Of a stretch of 64,000 nt of DNA, positions 40,741 to 49,987 are shown in pieces (the stretch's first letter is position 1; each line of letters begins with the position of its first letter). Where the stretch lies: assembly GCA_964012805.1 (NCBI GenBank), contig CAXGUD010000022.1, positions 10,773 through 74,772 of the forward strand, written 5' to 3'. The translations under genes and the position numbers were made by a program. The DNA comes from an uncultured Bacteriovoracaceae bacterium. GTDB taxonomy: Bacteria; Bdellovibrionota; Bacteriovoracia; Bacteriovoracales; Bacteriovoracaceae. The notes under the pieces are model-generated. The model saw nothing but the letters and a program-made list of their open reading frames with translations, was not told the origin of the DNA and did not search any database.

Positions 40741-40771
40741 ATACCTATATCTTTAATAAAGTTGTGAAAAT

Positions 40772-40798
40772 TTATCGGTTATATTTAAAAAAGATTTA
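40772..40798 (-). promoter_or_regulatory. Sigma28 (FliA)-type promoter upstream of pilB
   Basis: Minus strand TAAA-tcttttttaaatata(15)-ACCGATAA, one mismatch to TAAA-N15-GCCGATAA. Confidence 0.75.
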
Positions 40799-40824
40799 GA
40801 TATATAATATTATTGAAATAATCT

Positions 40825-41520
40825 TTATGGTTTTTTAATTTTCCAAACTTCTAAAGCATATTTAGCTTGAAGCTTTAGAAGCTCTAAACCGTCTATATAC
40901 TGGCTTTCTTTTGATAAAAAAAGATCTTTGTGAGGCTTATGAGAATAATTAAGGTCCCAAAACGTAAAATTAACTCCAATTTCACCATTAAATATGAAGT
41001 CCCTTGAGCAGCAATTTACAATAATTGTTTTTTCTTCTGAATTAAGTTTATTTACTAAAGTTAAGCTTGAAAAATTCTCACTATTTTTTCTAGATAAAAT
41101 TTTATAAGGAATTAATTTTTTTTCACATATATAGGATAAAACTCTGGACATGACTCCATCACCCAAAATATAAAAACCAATAGATTTATATTTTAACAAT
41201 TGATTCCTTATTATCTCTTCCAAAGCTAATAGGTCTGTATTATAACCCCAATAACCATTTTTATTTTTTGCCAAACAGTTAATTGCTTTAACCTCATTAA
41301 CCCCAGACGAAAGATTAATCTTATCCAGAAAGAATGGCTTATAAGGAGTCGTTATACTTACGCCTTCATATTTTGAAAATAAATAATCTAAGGAAGGTAT
41401 CTTTTCCTCGCATGAGAAATCCAATAAATCGTAATTTATTTTAGTTTCCAAAATCTGTTCATACATACTTTGGGACTTAGAGTGCTGGATAGATTTACCA
41501 ATAAGTGCTAAGTGGATCAT
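40825..41520 (-). CDS. aroE: Shikimate dehydrogenase
   Basis: LIGKSIQHSKS, ITTPYK, AINC, GYNTD, DLNY, DGLELLKLQA. Confidence 0.88.
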   Translation of the reverse strand: MIHLALIGKSIQHSKSQSMYEQILETKINYDLLDFSCEEKIPSLDYLFSKYEGVSITTPYKPFFLDKINLSSGVNEVKAINCLAKNKNGYWGYNTDLLALEEIIRNQLLKYKSIGFYILGDGVMSRVLSYICEKKLIPYKILSRKNSENFSSLTLVNKLNSEEKTIIVNCCSRDFIFNGEIGVNFTFWDLNYSHKPHKDLFLSKESQYIDGLELLKLQAKYALEVWKIKKP

Positions 41521-42440
41521 TTTTTAAAAAATTCCTTAGCCATTTGAATGTCATTTTTTATTTGTAAGATAAGTTCTTCTGTTCCTTGAAATTTTTTTTC
41601 GTTCCTTAATTTTTTTAAAAGGTTAATTTTAATTTCTTTCCCATATAAGTCTAAGTTAAAGTCTAACAAGTGAGTCTCTACGGTTTTTAGCTCATCTGAA
41701 AAAGTAGGTTTAACTCCAACATTTGTAATGGAATGTATTTTTTTCCCATCGATTTCTGTTATTGAAAAATACACACCTTCTTTTGGTATTAACTTATGTG
41801 CTGAAAAATCTAAGTTAGCAGTTGGAATACCGAATTTTTTCCCTCTTCCATGTCCTTTTACGACGAGTCCAACCATAAAAAATTCCCTACCTAATAATTG
41901 ATTTGCCTCAATTATATTTCCATTAATTAAAAGAGATCTAACCCTACTGGAAGAGACATTTTCACCAGAAAATAGATATTCATCTTGAAAATGGTACTTT
42001 TTTTTATTTTCGTTACAATATTTAATAACCAGATCTGGTCCTATAGATTTATTTTTACCAAATGAAAAATCATGACCCAGGTATATTTTTTCGATATTTT
42101 TGAGGCAAAATAGATAATCATCAAGAAACCTTGTTGTATCCATGACGCTCAGATTTTTATTAAACTCTACTTCTAAAAGATATTTTAAACCATTATCAGA
42201 AAATATCTGGCTTCTCTCATGATAATCTGTGATTAAAAAAGGTTTTGTATCATTTAAAACCAACCTAGGGTGAGGCTTAAAAGTTATAACAACAGGAGTT
42301 AAACCTAAGCTTTTACAATCCTGAATCATGAATTTCAGAAACGCTGAGTGGCCTCGATGAACCCCATCAAAGTTCCCTAAAGTAATACCAAAAGGACCGT
42401 CGCTCTCATCTATGTTTTTTAGGTGACTTAAAATTTGCAT
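41517..42440 (-). CDS. ribF: Bifunctional riboflavin kinase/FAD synthetase
   Basis: GNFDGVHRGH, GHDFSFG, VSSSRVR, GIPTAN, ETHLLDF. Confidence 0.97.
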   Translation of the reverse strand: MQILSHLKNIDESDGPFGITLGNFDGVHRGHSAFLKFMIQDCKSLGLTPVVITFKPHPRLVLNDTKPFLITDYHERSQIFSDNGLKYLLEVEFNKNLSVMDTTRFLDDYLFCLKNIEKIYLGHDFSFGKNKSIGPDLVIKYCNENKKKYHFQDEYLFSGENVSSSRVRSLLINGNIIEANQLLGREFFMVGLVVKGHGRGKKFGIPTANLDFSAHKLIPKEGVYFSITEIDGKKIHSITNVGVKPTFSDELKTVETHLLDFNLDLYGKEIKINLLKKLRNEKKFQGTEELILQIKNDIQMAKEFFKK

Positions 42441-42448
42441 AATAGTAA

Positions 42449-44140
42449 CTATTTATAAAGATTCTTTTGTAGATCTTTAAAACATTTTCGCTCATATTTG
42501 AACCTTTTTTTAGCTCCAGCCTTGCCAAATGCATCATTTTCTAAAATCTCAAGGAGGCTCTTGAAATACCTTTTGCTCTCTAATTTTAAATTACATCCAT
42601 TAAGAATTTCCCTTGGTGAAGCTTTACCCACCAATAAATCATCTTGTTTTAATAATTGAATAAGTTGGAAGAGCCGAGAATAATTTAATTTTCCACGTTT
42701 TGAATCTTTTAATATATTCCTAATATTTTCATCTAGTACTTTCCTTCGGGCAGATTGCCTTTTGTATAAAAGATCAAAAATAACAAATAAAAGAATGACA
42801 AAAAGAACAATATTTAAAATATTATTTTCCCTTACAAATTTTTCATCTGGATTAAACTGGGGGGCAAGGTAATTATCATGAAAAATAATTTTCTTAATAT
42901 TATTTTTCGTTGAACTTGGTGTTCTATTTTTTTCTTTCTCTGTTAAATTTGATTTAAGGAACGAAAGCGAAGGCAAAATAATCTCTTGGGATTTAATAGT
43001 TAGAGTACTACTTTCAAAGGTTGAAAATAGCTTCTTTCTTTCACTAATAGTAACTTTTTCTTTTCCTATAATAGTGTAAATAAATTGCTTAATCCCACTA
43101 GATTTATCTTTAGATAAACTTAATTCAGTCTGAACATTAAAAACTTCAACTCCTTTCACTTGATATAATATAGGTGGATCCATCTCTTCTAAAAATCCTT
43201 CACCTTCAACTCTTAAAAGAAATCTTACAGGATCATTTATAAGTGTTGAATTCTGGAGTAATTTAAAATGAAATTTATGATTTCCAACAAGATTAATAAA
43301 ACCAGGGCCTTTCAAAAACATCGGTACCTGTTTAACATTAATATCAAATTCAGGACTAACTAATTTGAGTTTTGTTACTCTGGATGAATTTAACTGACTA
43401 TTAAATCCACTCATGTCTTTTTTAGGAATATCAATTGTTAATTCCATGCTATCTATAAAATTTTTCCCTGTATTTGTTGGGAATAAACGAGCAGAATAAA
43501 TTAATCTTCTGTTGTAAACTGAACCTTTAAATTGATAAATTTCATCTTTAATTTCAGATACTTTTTTATATCTCTTAAAAAAACCATTTAGCTTTGGAAA
43601 CTTCATTATATTTGTATCTAAAACATAGTCTTTAAAATACAAATAGTAATTTAAATTAAAACCTTCACCTTTAAAAAATTCTTTTTTATCAACTTCTCCA
43701 ACAAAATGGTATTCAGGTTTTTTTTTAATTACTTTATCAACATAAAATGAAATTTGATTGATATTTTTCTGTGATTTTTTATCAAAAATTCTAAATTTTC
43801 GGATTGTAAAGTTTCCTGATTTCCGTGTTTTAAAAATATATTTAAACTCTACTTTTTTGATTGTAGTAAATTTATCATTAATTATTTTGTTTGTTTTTTT
43901 AATTATTCTTTTATTTTTATTTATTAATTCGCAACCATCCAATTCAAAATTAACTTGAGGAATGTAACTTCCTAAATAATTAAAAGAAACTGTAAAGCTA
44001 AATGTGGAGTTTTGAATAGGCCGAACAGGGTTTAATATCCATTTAACATTATTAAATATTTTTTCTGAAGCGAAACAAAACTGAGAAAAAAAAATAATAA
44101 AAAAAATAAAACTTTTAAAAACTCTTAACTTCATTACCAT
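42449..44140 (-). CDS. BatD-like exported protein
   Basis: Signal peptide, beta-rich repeats (FKGEGFNLNY, LFPTNTG, VEGEG), C-terminal TM; last gene of the bat operon. Confidence 0.65.
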   Translation of the reverse strand: MVMKLRVFKSFIFFIIFFSQFCFASEKIFNNVKWILNPVRPIQNSTFSFTVSFNYLGSYIPQVNFELDGCELINKNKRIIKKTNKIINDKFTTIKKVEFKYIFKTRKSGNFTIRKFRIFDKKSQKNINQISFYVDKVIKKKPEYHFVGEVDKKEFFKGEGFNLNYYLYFKDYVLDTNIMKFPKLNGFFKRYKKVSEIKDEIYQFKGSVYNRRLIYSARLFPTNTGKNFIDSMELTIDIPKKDMSGFNSQLNSSRVTKLKLVSPEFDINVKQVPMFLKGPGFINLVGNHKFHFKLLQNSTLINDPVRFLLRVEGEGFLEEMDPPILYQVKGVEVFNVQTELSLSKDKSSGIKQFIYTIIGKEKVTISERKKLFSTFESSTLTIKSQEIILPSLSFLKSNLTEKEKNRTPSSTKNNIKKIIFHDNYLAPQFNPDEKFVRENNILNIVLFVILLFVIFDLLYKRQSARRKVLDENIRNILKDSKRGKLNYSRLFQLIQLLKQDDLLVGKASPREILNGCNLKLESKRYFKSLLEILENDAFGKAGAKKRFKYERKCFKDLQKNLYK

Positions 44141-45732
44141 CCCTTATGTTCCCAATCAGTCTTATTTTTATAAATATTTAATATCATTTTAGATCTTTGA
44201 ATTTTTCTATCCTGACTTAAGGCGTGATTGACTATTTGATCTTTAAAAATTGATCTATTATTCATTGGTTGCTTTAATTCGTTTACAAACTTCCTTCTAT
44301 TTATTTTATTTTCATCCCTTTTTTTATTTTTTTGAGTGTTTTTAACATTTTTTTTCTTTTTTAATTTATTTTTTTTATTTGAGATAACAATCAAAATATT
44401 TGAGTTAATTTTCTTTTCTAACTCTTTATATTTTTTGTCATTTCTAAATGTATCTTTGATTTTATTAAAAACTTCAACTCCTTCAATAAAAAGCCCTATC
44501 TTTATAAGTAAAGTTCCATAATTAAAGTAATTGCCAAATTCTTCTCTATTATAGTCTTCCAATAAATTTTCTTCGTAAAGACTTTTACTCATTTTAAATA
44601 GATCATTTTTTAGATAAATTTCAGCAAGCTTCAACCTCTCTATTCTTGATGAACTCCCACTCTTTATTTTAGAGTAAAGAAACCTTTCTAATTTATCGTT
44701 AGCCTTAACATCTGGGTTAAAGCCATGTGAAATAAAAATCCCTATTATCCAAATAAAAGATTTATTAAAAGATTTAAATCGGGATAAAAGAAACGACAAG
44801 GATAGTATAAAAATCGCCAATGCAGCTATTCTTAAAGTTAACAAGAATTCTTTATTATTTTTTTTTGACTTTTTCTCATTTTTTTTAGTTCCGAAAAACT
44901 CTGATATTTTATTTTCTAATGAAATACCAGGTTTCCAATTCCAATATTTAAAATTAACAAAATCATTTTCTAATTTTTTAAAAAGTCTTTCATTAACCCT
45001 TGAATGAACTCTTTTACCTCTATGCAGTAATGGTTCTTTGTAATTTCCATCTAAGTCAAAACTAGGAACTGCACCACCTAAAAATGAACTAAAATTAATA
45101 CTAGCTATTTTAACGCCACTAGGTATTGTAAATTTATTGTTATAATCATGAATATCACCATCTGTTAAAACAAGTATATTACCATTTAATTGGTCGTTTA
45201 ATGAGTTCTTTTTCAAATAAGCTATGCCTTTATTTATTGATAAAAATAAATTAGAGCCACCTCTGAAAAGATTAACATCATTCAATATATTTAAATGTGA
45301 TCTTATTATTTCTTTATCGAAAGTAAATGGAACTAAAATTTTGGAAAAGTCGCTAAATGCAATCAAAGAATATAAACTTTCTTTATGACTATTCAAAAAT
45401 AAACTTGCAAATTCAGAAGCTTTAGAGATCCTCGTTGGTCTTACGTCGTTGGCCCTCATGCTCAAAGAGCTGTCTATTAAAAGAATCGTTTTATTTGACT
45501 TGTTTATATCATAACTTTGATTACCTACCCTGAAATCCAATAGGGAAACAAAAAACAAAATTACTGCAATATAATAAATATTTGTAGAAATCTTTTTAGA
45601 TTTTGACTTTTTATAAAACCAATATTTTTTAACAAATTGATAGTAATAGTTATCTTTTTTAATCATAATCCACAAAAAAATAATTAAAAATAATATTATT
45701 ATATATAAATAATCCAAATTTATTATTTTCAC
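44134..45732 (-). CDS. BatB-like VWA protein fused to a TPR-like (BatC-like) region
   Basis: MIDAS DSSLSM, DVRPTR, GGSN, LTDGD, TM, YFNYGTLL TPR-like segment, ends KGW. Confidence 0.75.
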   Translation of the reverse strand: MKIINLDYLYIIILFLIIFLWIMIKKDNYYYQFVKKYWFYKKSKSKKISTNIYYIAVILFFVSLLDFRVGNQSYDINKSNKTILLIDSSLSMRANDVRPTRISKASEFASLFLNSHKESLYSLIAFSDFSKILVPFTFDKEIIRSHLNILNDVNLFRGGSNLFLSINKGIAYLKKNSLNDQLNGNILVLTDGDIHDYNNKFTIPSGVKIASINFSSFLGGAVPSFDLDGNYKEPLLHRGKRVHSRVNERLFKKLENDFVNFKYWNWKPGISLENKISEFFGTKKNEKKSKKNNKEFLLTLRIAALAIFILSLSFLLSRFKSFNKSFIWIIGIFISHGFNPDVKANDKLERFLYSKIKSGSSSRIERLKLAEIYLKNDLFKMSKSLYEENLLEDYNREEFGNYFNYGTLLIKIGLFIEGVEVFNKIKDTFRNDKKYKELEKKINSNILIVISNKKNKLKKKKNVKNTQKNKKRDENKINRRKFVNELKQPMNNRSIFKDQIVNHALSQDRKIQRSKMILNIYKNKTDWEHKGW

Positions 45733-46709
45733 AGTTCCTCTTTAATAAAACCAACTCTTATTAATTCTCCAGAAAACAAGAAAAAAATACCCAAAAGTAA
45801 AAAAATGAAATAATTATGTTCATAAATATTTATTCTTCTTAATTCTGATTTAATATTTTCATCTGTCCCTATTTTTTTTAATATTTGCCTTAAAGCCATT
45901 CCATTGGATACAGAAAAGAAACTCCCCAGTGTCATATTTGAAATAGTTTTTAATGTATCAAAATCTATACTCCCACCAGGAATTTTTTGAAATCCCCCCA
46001 AAAATGGATTTGCTGGATTGACTGGTATCTTGGCATCTTGATCTTTTCCGATACCGATAGAAAAAAGTTTGATCCTTTGATCCATTAATCTTTTACCCGC
46101 TTCTATTGGAGTAACACTCCCTACATTACTCACTCCATCAGTTAGTAAAATTACGTATTTATTTTTGGCTTTAGAGTAACTGAAACGACCGGCAGCTAAA
46201 ATTAATGCATCACCTATATTTGTACCACTACCTAAATCATCACCATTGATTGTTTTTATCTTATTTGATAAGTAGTTAGAATCTGAAGTTAATGGTGTGT
46301 GAGTATATATTTTTTCAGAAAAAAGAATTACTCCATACCTTTCATTTGGATTTAAATCTATAAACTCTTTGATTGTTTTTTTCGCCAGTGACAACCTATT
46401 GGGCTTATAATCCATAGCTAACATTGATCTCGATACGTCCAAAACAAATACAATATCGTTAATCATTTCTTTTTTTAAAATTGTTTTCTTTTTAGTTTTT
46501 GGGTTCATTAAGGATAAAGTTAAAAGAAGCCAACCAGTTGAACTAAGAGCGAAAACAAAAAACCTTGAATAGGAACGTTTTTTTAAAGGAACACTTTTGG
46601 GAAGAATTAATTCTGGTTTCTTAAATAGTTTAAAAAAATTAATCATCCATATTAAATACCCAAACACACCAACCAGAAACAAAAAATTGTTTTCAAATTC
46701 CATTTTCAA
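45729..46709 (-). CDS. BatA-like VWA protein
   Basis: DVSRSMLAMDYKPNRL, GTNIGDAL, LLTDGVSNVG. Confidence 0.9.
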   Translation of the reverse strand: MKMEFENNFLFLVGVFGYLIWMINFFKLFKKPELILPKSVPLKKRSYSRFFVFALSSTGWLLLTLSLMNPKTKKKTILKKEMINDIVFVLDVSRSMLAMDYKPNRLSLAKKTIKEFIDLNPNERYGVILFSEKIYTHTPLTSDSNYLSNKIKTINGDDLGSGTNIGDALILAAGRFSYSKAKNKYVILLTDGVSNVGSVTPIEAGKRLMDQRIKLFSIGIGKDQDAKIPVNPANPFLGGFQKIPGGSIDFDTLKTISNMTLGSFFSVSNGMALRQILKKIGTDENIKSELRRINIYEHNYFIFLLLGIFFLFSGELIRVGFIKEEL

Positions 46710-46772
46710 ACACTATTTTATTAATTTATATCAAATGTATTAAGCAAAAATTCTATTTTCTTTTTATAAGAA

Positions 46773-47312
46773 TTAATTATTAAACTTCTTAATCCTTTTA
46801 CCTTTGATTAATATTGTTAGCATAAACACCAAAATTACAATTCCTAGTAATAAAAATTTAATATTATAAGAATAAAATAAATTACTATAACCCATAGAAT
46901 AATAAGTTATTTCCTTTTCCCTATCTCTTAAATCTCCAATTGTAATTTTCCTTATTTCTATTGGTATATTCTTAACTCCATTACTCCATATATCAAAAGG
47001 AACCTTTTCATAGGGTTTTAAAGCTATTGCTTTAATAAATATATTTATAACATCATAGTTATTTTTTGAAATTTCAAATTTATAAACGTCATAAACATAA
47101 AATATATTTAAAAAGCTTTTACCCTCCAATTTCTTTATATCTTCAAATAGATTTAAATTTTTTGGCCAAAAGCTGACCTTTAAATCTACACTATCTCCCA
47201 ATAATAGATTCACCTTCTTATTTTCATTTGGCTCTACAATACCCTGTATATTTGAAAAACTATTTGGTAGAAGAAATATAAAAAAAATAAAAGCCAAAAG
47301 ATAATTCTTCAC
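46773..47312 (-). CDS. Hypothetical exported/TM protein of the bat operon
   Basis: Signal peptide and C-terminal TM; lies between DUF58 and batA. Confidence 0.65.
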   Translation of the reverse strand: MKNYLLAFIFFIFLLPNSFSNIQGIVEPNENKKVNLLLGDSVDLKVSFWPKNLNLFEDIKKLEGKSFLNIFYVYDVYKFEISKNNYDVINIFIKAIALKPYEKVPFDIWSNGVKNIPIEIRKITIGDLRDREKEITYYSMGYSNLFYSYNIKFLLLGIVILVFMLTILIKGKRIKKFNN

Positions 47313-47315
47313 TAT

Positions 47316-48155
47316 TTAGAATATCTCCCTTAAAAAATAGTTTAAATAATCTTCATTTATGTTTAGAGTTTTTAAATATTTATTTGTTTTATTTTTAAAA
47401 CTACCATTAATTTGGGCTAACTTTTTGCCATTCAAACCAAAGTTGGGTTTAAAAAGAAGACTTACTGAATTATTAATTCCATTATCAATGGGTGAAGCTA
47501 TTCTAAACAAACGCCAATAACTCGAAAAAATGTAATATGAAAAATCTTTGTTAGTCCACAAATGAAAATCAGAGAAAAATATTACATTTTTGTTACCTTT
47601 TTTAGTTTCCAAATAACTTTCCTGTTTCTTAATTTCAATATTTGATAAACTATAGGAATAAGAAATATTAACCTCTCCATTATTATTCAAAAGGCCTAAA
47701 TCTTTTAACTTCATTAGAAATTTAAAAAAACCTTCCTCGCCTCGACCTTTACCTAAGCTTTCTGCTTTTCCTCCGACAAAGAAAACAGACACCCAATCAT
47801 TAGTTTCTTGAGCCACCAAATATAAAAGACAAACTAACTCTATGCAAACATCTAACTTTGATACTTTGTTCAAACCATATAACATTGATGAACTTACATC
47901 TAATATAACAGTTAAATTCACATTTCTTTCTTCTTCATGCTCTTTGACATATGGGCTTCCATTTTTTGCCAACAAACTCCAGTTTATGCCTCTTATGTCA
48001 TCACCATAAACATAGGATCTATGATCCTTAAATTGTAAACCATTCCCTTTAAAATTAGATTTGAATTTCCCCAGATTTTCTTTGTAAATGCCTTTAAATA
48101 AACTTAGCTTTATGGATGATATTTTTTCCTTAATTTTTTCTACTTTTTTTTTCAT
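47316..48155 (-). CDS. DUF58 family protein
   Basis: GNGLQFKDHRSYVYGDDIRGINW, EEER, DVSSSM, FSDF. Confidence 0.92.
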   Translation of the reverse strand: MKKKVEKIKEKISSIKLSLFKGIYKENLGKFKSNFKGNGLQFKDHRSYVYGDDIRGINWSLLAKNGSPYVKEHEEERNVNLTVILDVSSSMLYGLNKVSKLDVCIELVCLLYLVAQETNDWVSVFFVGGKAESLGKGRGEEGFFKFLMKLKDLGLLNNNGEVNISYSYSLSNIEIKKQESYLETKKGNKNVIFFSDFHLWTNKDFSYYIFSSYWRLFRIASPIDNGINNSVSLLFKPNFGLNGKKLAQINGSFKNKTNKYLKTLNINEDYLNYFLREIF

Positions 48156-48156
48156 T

Positions 48157-49122
48157 TTAAATCATCGCCTGACCTATTTTAAAAGCAATTTCATGACCAT
48201 TTAATTTATCCATTTTTCCTTCGTACGTTAGGATAATTCTATGGCCCATTACACCAGGTATAGACTTGAGAACATGCTCAGGAGTTACAAACTCTTTTCC
48301 TTCAATAAACGCAAAGTATTTCGATAGTCTCAATAACCAAATCGATGCTCTCGGTGATACACCCGCCTGAATCGCTCCTCTAAACTCTTTGAAAAAATCT
48401 TTTGACTCAGGCCTTGTTGCTTGACAAACTTTTACGATAAATTGTTTTATTTTATCATCTACAAAAATCGCTTCACTTTTTTCTTGAGCCTCTAAAAGAT
48501 CATCAGTAGAAAGAACAGAGTAAATTTCATTTAAAGAATCCTTTCCTTGATCTAAAATTTTAATTTCATCTTCTTCGTTAGGATAATTTACCTTTAACTT
48601 CATCATGAAACGATCCATTTGGGCTTCAGGAAGTTGATAAGTACCATCATGATCAATTGGGTTTTGAGTTGCTAATACAACAAAAGGATGAAGTAGTTTA
48701 TGTGTTTCTTCTCCAATTGTCACTTGATATTCACCCATAGCTTCTAAAAGAGCACTTTGAACTTTTGCAGGTGATCTATTTATTTCGTCCGCTAATAATA
48801 TTTGAGTAAAAACAGGTCCAAACCTAGTCGAAAAATTTTCGTTTTTTTGACTATAAATTAATGTTCCAATTAAATCACTTGGCAATAAATCGGGTGTAAA
48901 TTGAATTCTTCTAAAAGCTAAATCACAAAGTTTACTCATCACTCTACAACTTAACGTTTTACCTAAACCAGGCATTCCTTCAATTAACAAATGTCCTTCA
49001 CAAACAAGGGCAGCTAAAATAGATTCAATTAATTCGTTCTGACCACATATTATAGTTTTAGCTTTTTGACTAGCTTCATTTAATAATTCGGATATATTAT
49101 TATTTGAATCTTCATCATTCAT
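48157..49122 (-). CDS. moxR: MoxR-family AAA+ ATPase
   Basis: EGMPGLGKT, RIQFTPDLLPSD, LADEINR, ATQNP, PEAQMDRF, SPRA. Confidence 0.96.
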   Translation of the reverse strand: MNDEDSNNNISELLNEASQKAKTIICGQNELIESILAALVCEGHLLIEGMPGLGKTLSCRVMSKLCDLAFRRIQFTPDLLPSDLIGTLIYSQKNENFSTRFGPVFTQILLADEINRSPAKVQSALLEAMGEYQVTIGEETHKLLHPFVVLATQNPIDHDGTYQLPEAQMDRFMMKLKVNYPNEEDEIKILDQGKDSLNEIYSVLSTDDLLEAQEKSEAIFVDDKIKQFIVKVCQATRPESKDFFKEFRGAIQAGVSPRASIWLLRLSKYFAFIEGKEFVTPEHVLKSIPGVMGHRIILTYEGKMDKLNGHEIAFKIGQAMI

Positions 49123-49925
49123 TTTTTGTCCTTATTTAAACTATCAAAATGGCTTTTTGCTATTCCTTTGTTAATTTTATAGTTTTTGAAAAAATAAAAC
49201 TTTTTAAAACTATGTTCCTTCACCTTCTTGCTATTAGATCTTAATTTTGTCTTAATTACTTCTGTAATTTCAATTTTTGTAGGAAGGGTACTTTCACTAA
49301 TTTTGTTGTAGGAATAAGATGTATTTTTGAAATAATTATCTTTATAAGCTGAATTACTTTCCCGCCTAGATACCATTAAATATTTTTCATTATTTTTTTT
49401 ATATTTATAATCTTCTATAATTTTATTTAGAGGAAAAAATGATTGAATTTTTTTAATCAATCCATTTTCATTCAATTCAATAATTACCTTACGTCTATTA
49501 AGGTTATTATTAACTGCAACTAGTATTTTTTTTGTTTTCTTTATATCATAAACTTTCTTTAATTCTTTTAATTTATCAGATGGAAACAATATTTTTAAAT
49601 TTTCTAATGTCTGAAGTTTCAATCTTTTTTCTATTCCCTTTTTTCCTTTAGGTAACCCACTAAATGCAATATCAAAACTTCCATCTCTCAACCAATATAC
49701 TTTTATTTTGAAATCCTTTAAACTTTTCAAAGGATAGTAAGCTTCCAGATTTTTTCTAATCTCACTAACTTCAAATTCAAATGATAAATCTTTTATCTTT
49801 GTTTGACTCTGAATATTGAATAATTTTTGAAAACCAACTCCATACACTGATTTGACAATAAAGAAGTATAGAAAAATATAAACTAAAGAAAATGAAAAAA
49901 ATTTTCCTGTTAATTTTCTCGACAT
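49119..49925 (-). CDS. Hypothetical exported protein
   Basis: N-terminal hydrophobic segment; overlaps the moxR start. Confidence 0.6.
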   Translation of the reverse strand: MSRKLTGKFFSFSLVYIFLYFFIVKSVYGVGFQKLFNIQSQTKIKDLSFEFEVSEIRKNLEAYYPLKSLKDFKIKVYWLRDGSFDIAFSGLPKGKKGIEKRLKLQTLENLKILFPSDKLKELKKVYDIKKTKKILVAVNNNLNRRKVIIELNENGLIKKIQSFFPLNKIIEDYKYKKNNEKYLMVSRRESNSAYKDNYFKNTSYSYNKISESTLPTKIEITEVIKTKLRSNSKKVKEHSFKKFYFFKNYKINKGIAKSHFDSLNKDKK

Positions 49926-49987
49926 GAGACAAGCCTCTTTTTAAGCATCATACTCCATGGGATACTTTATCAAACTTGTAACCGATT

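Noticed and set aside
46715..46780. Possible frameshift extending the 46773-47312 protein by about 17 aa (NSYKKKIEFLLNTFDIN)
   Set aside because: Short AT-rich alternative frame with no homology evidence available; could be chance.
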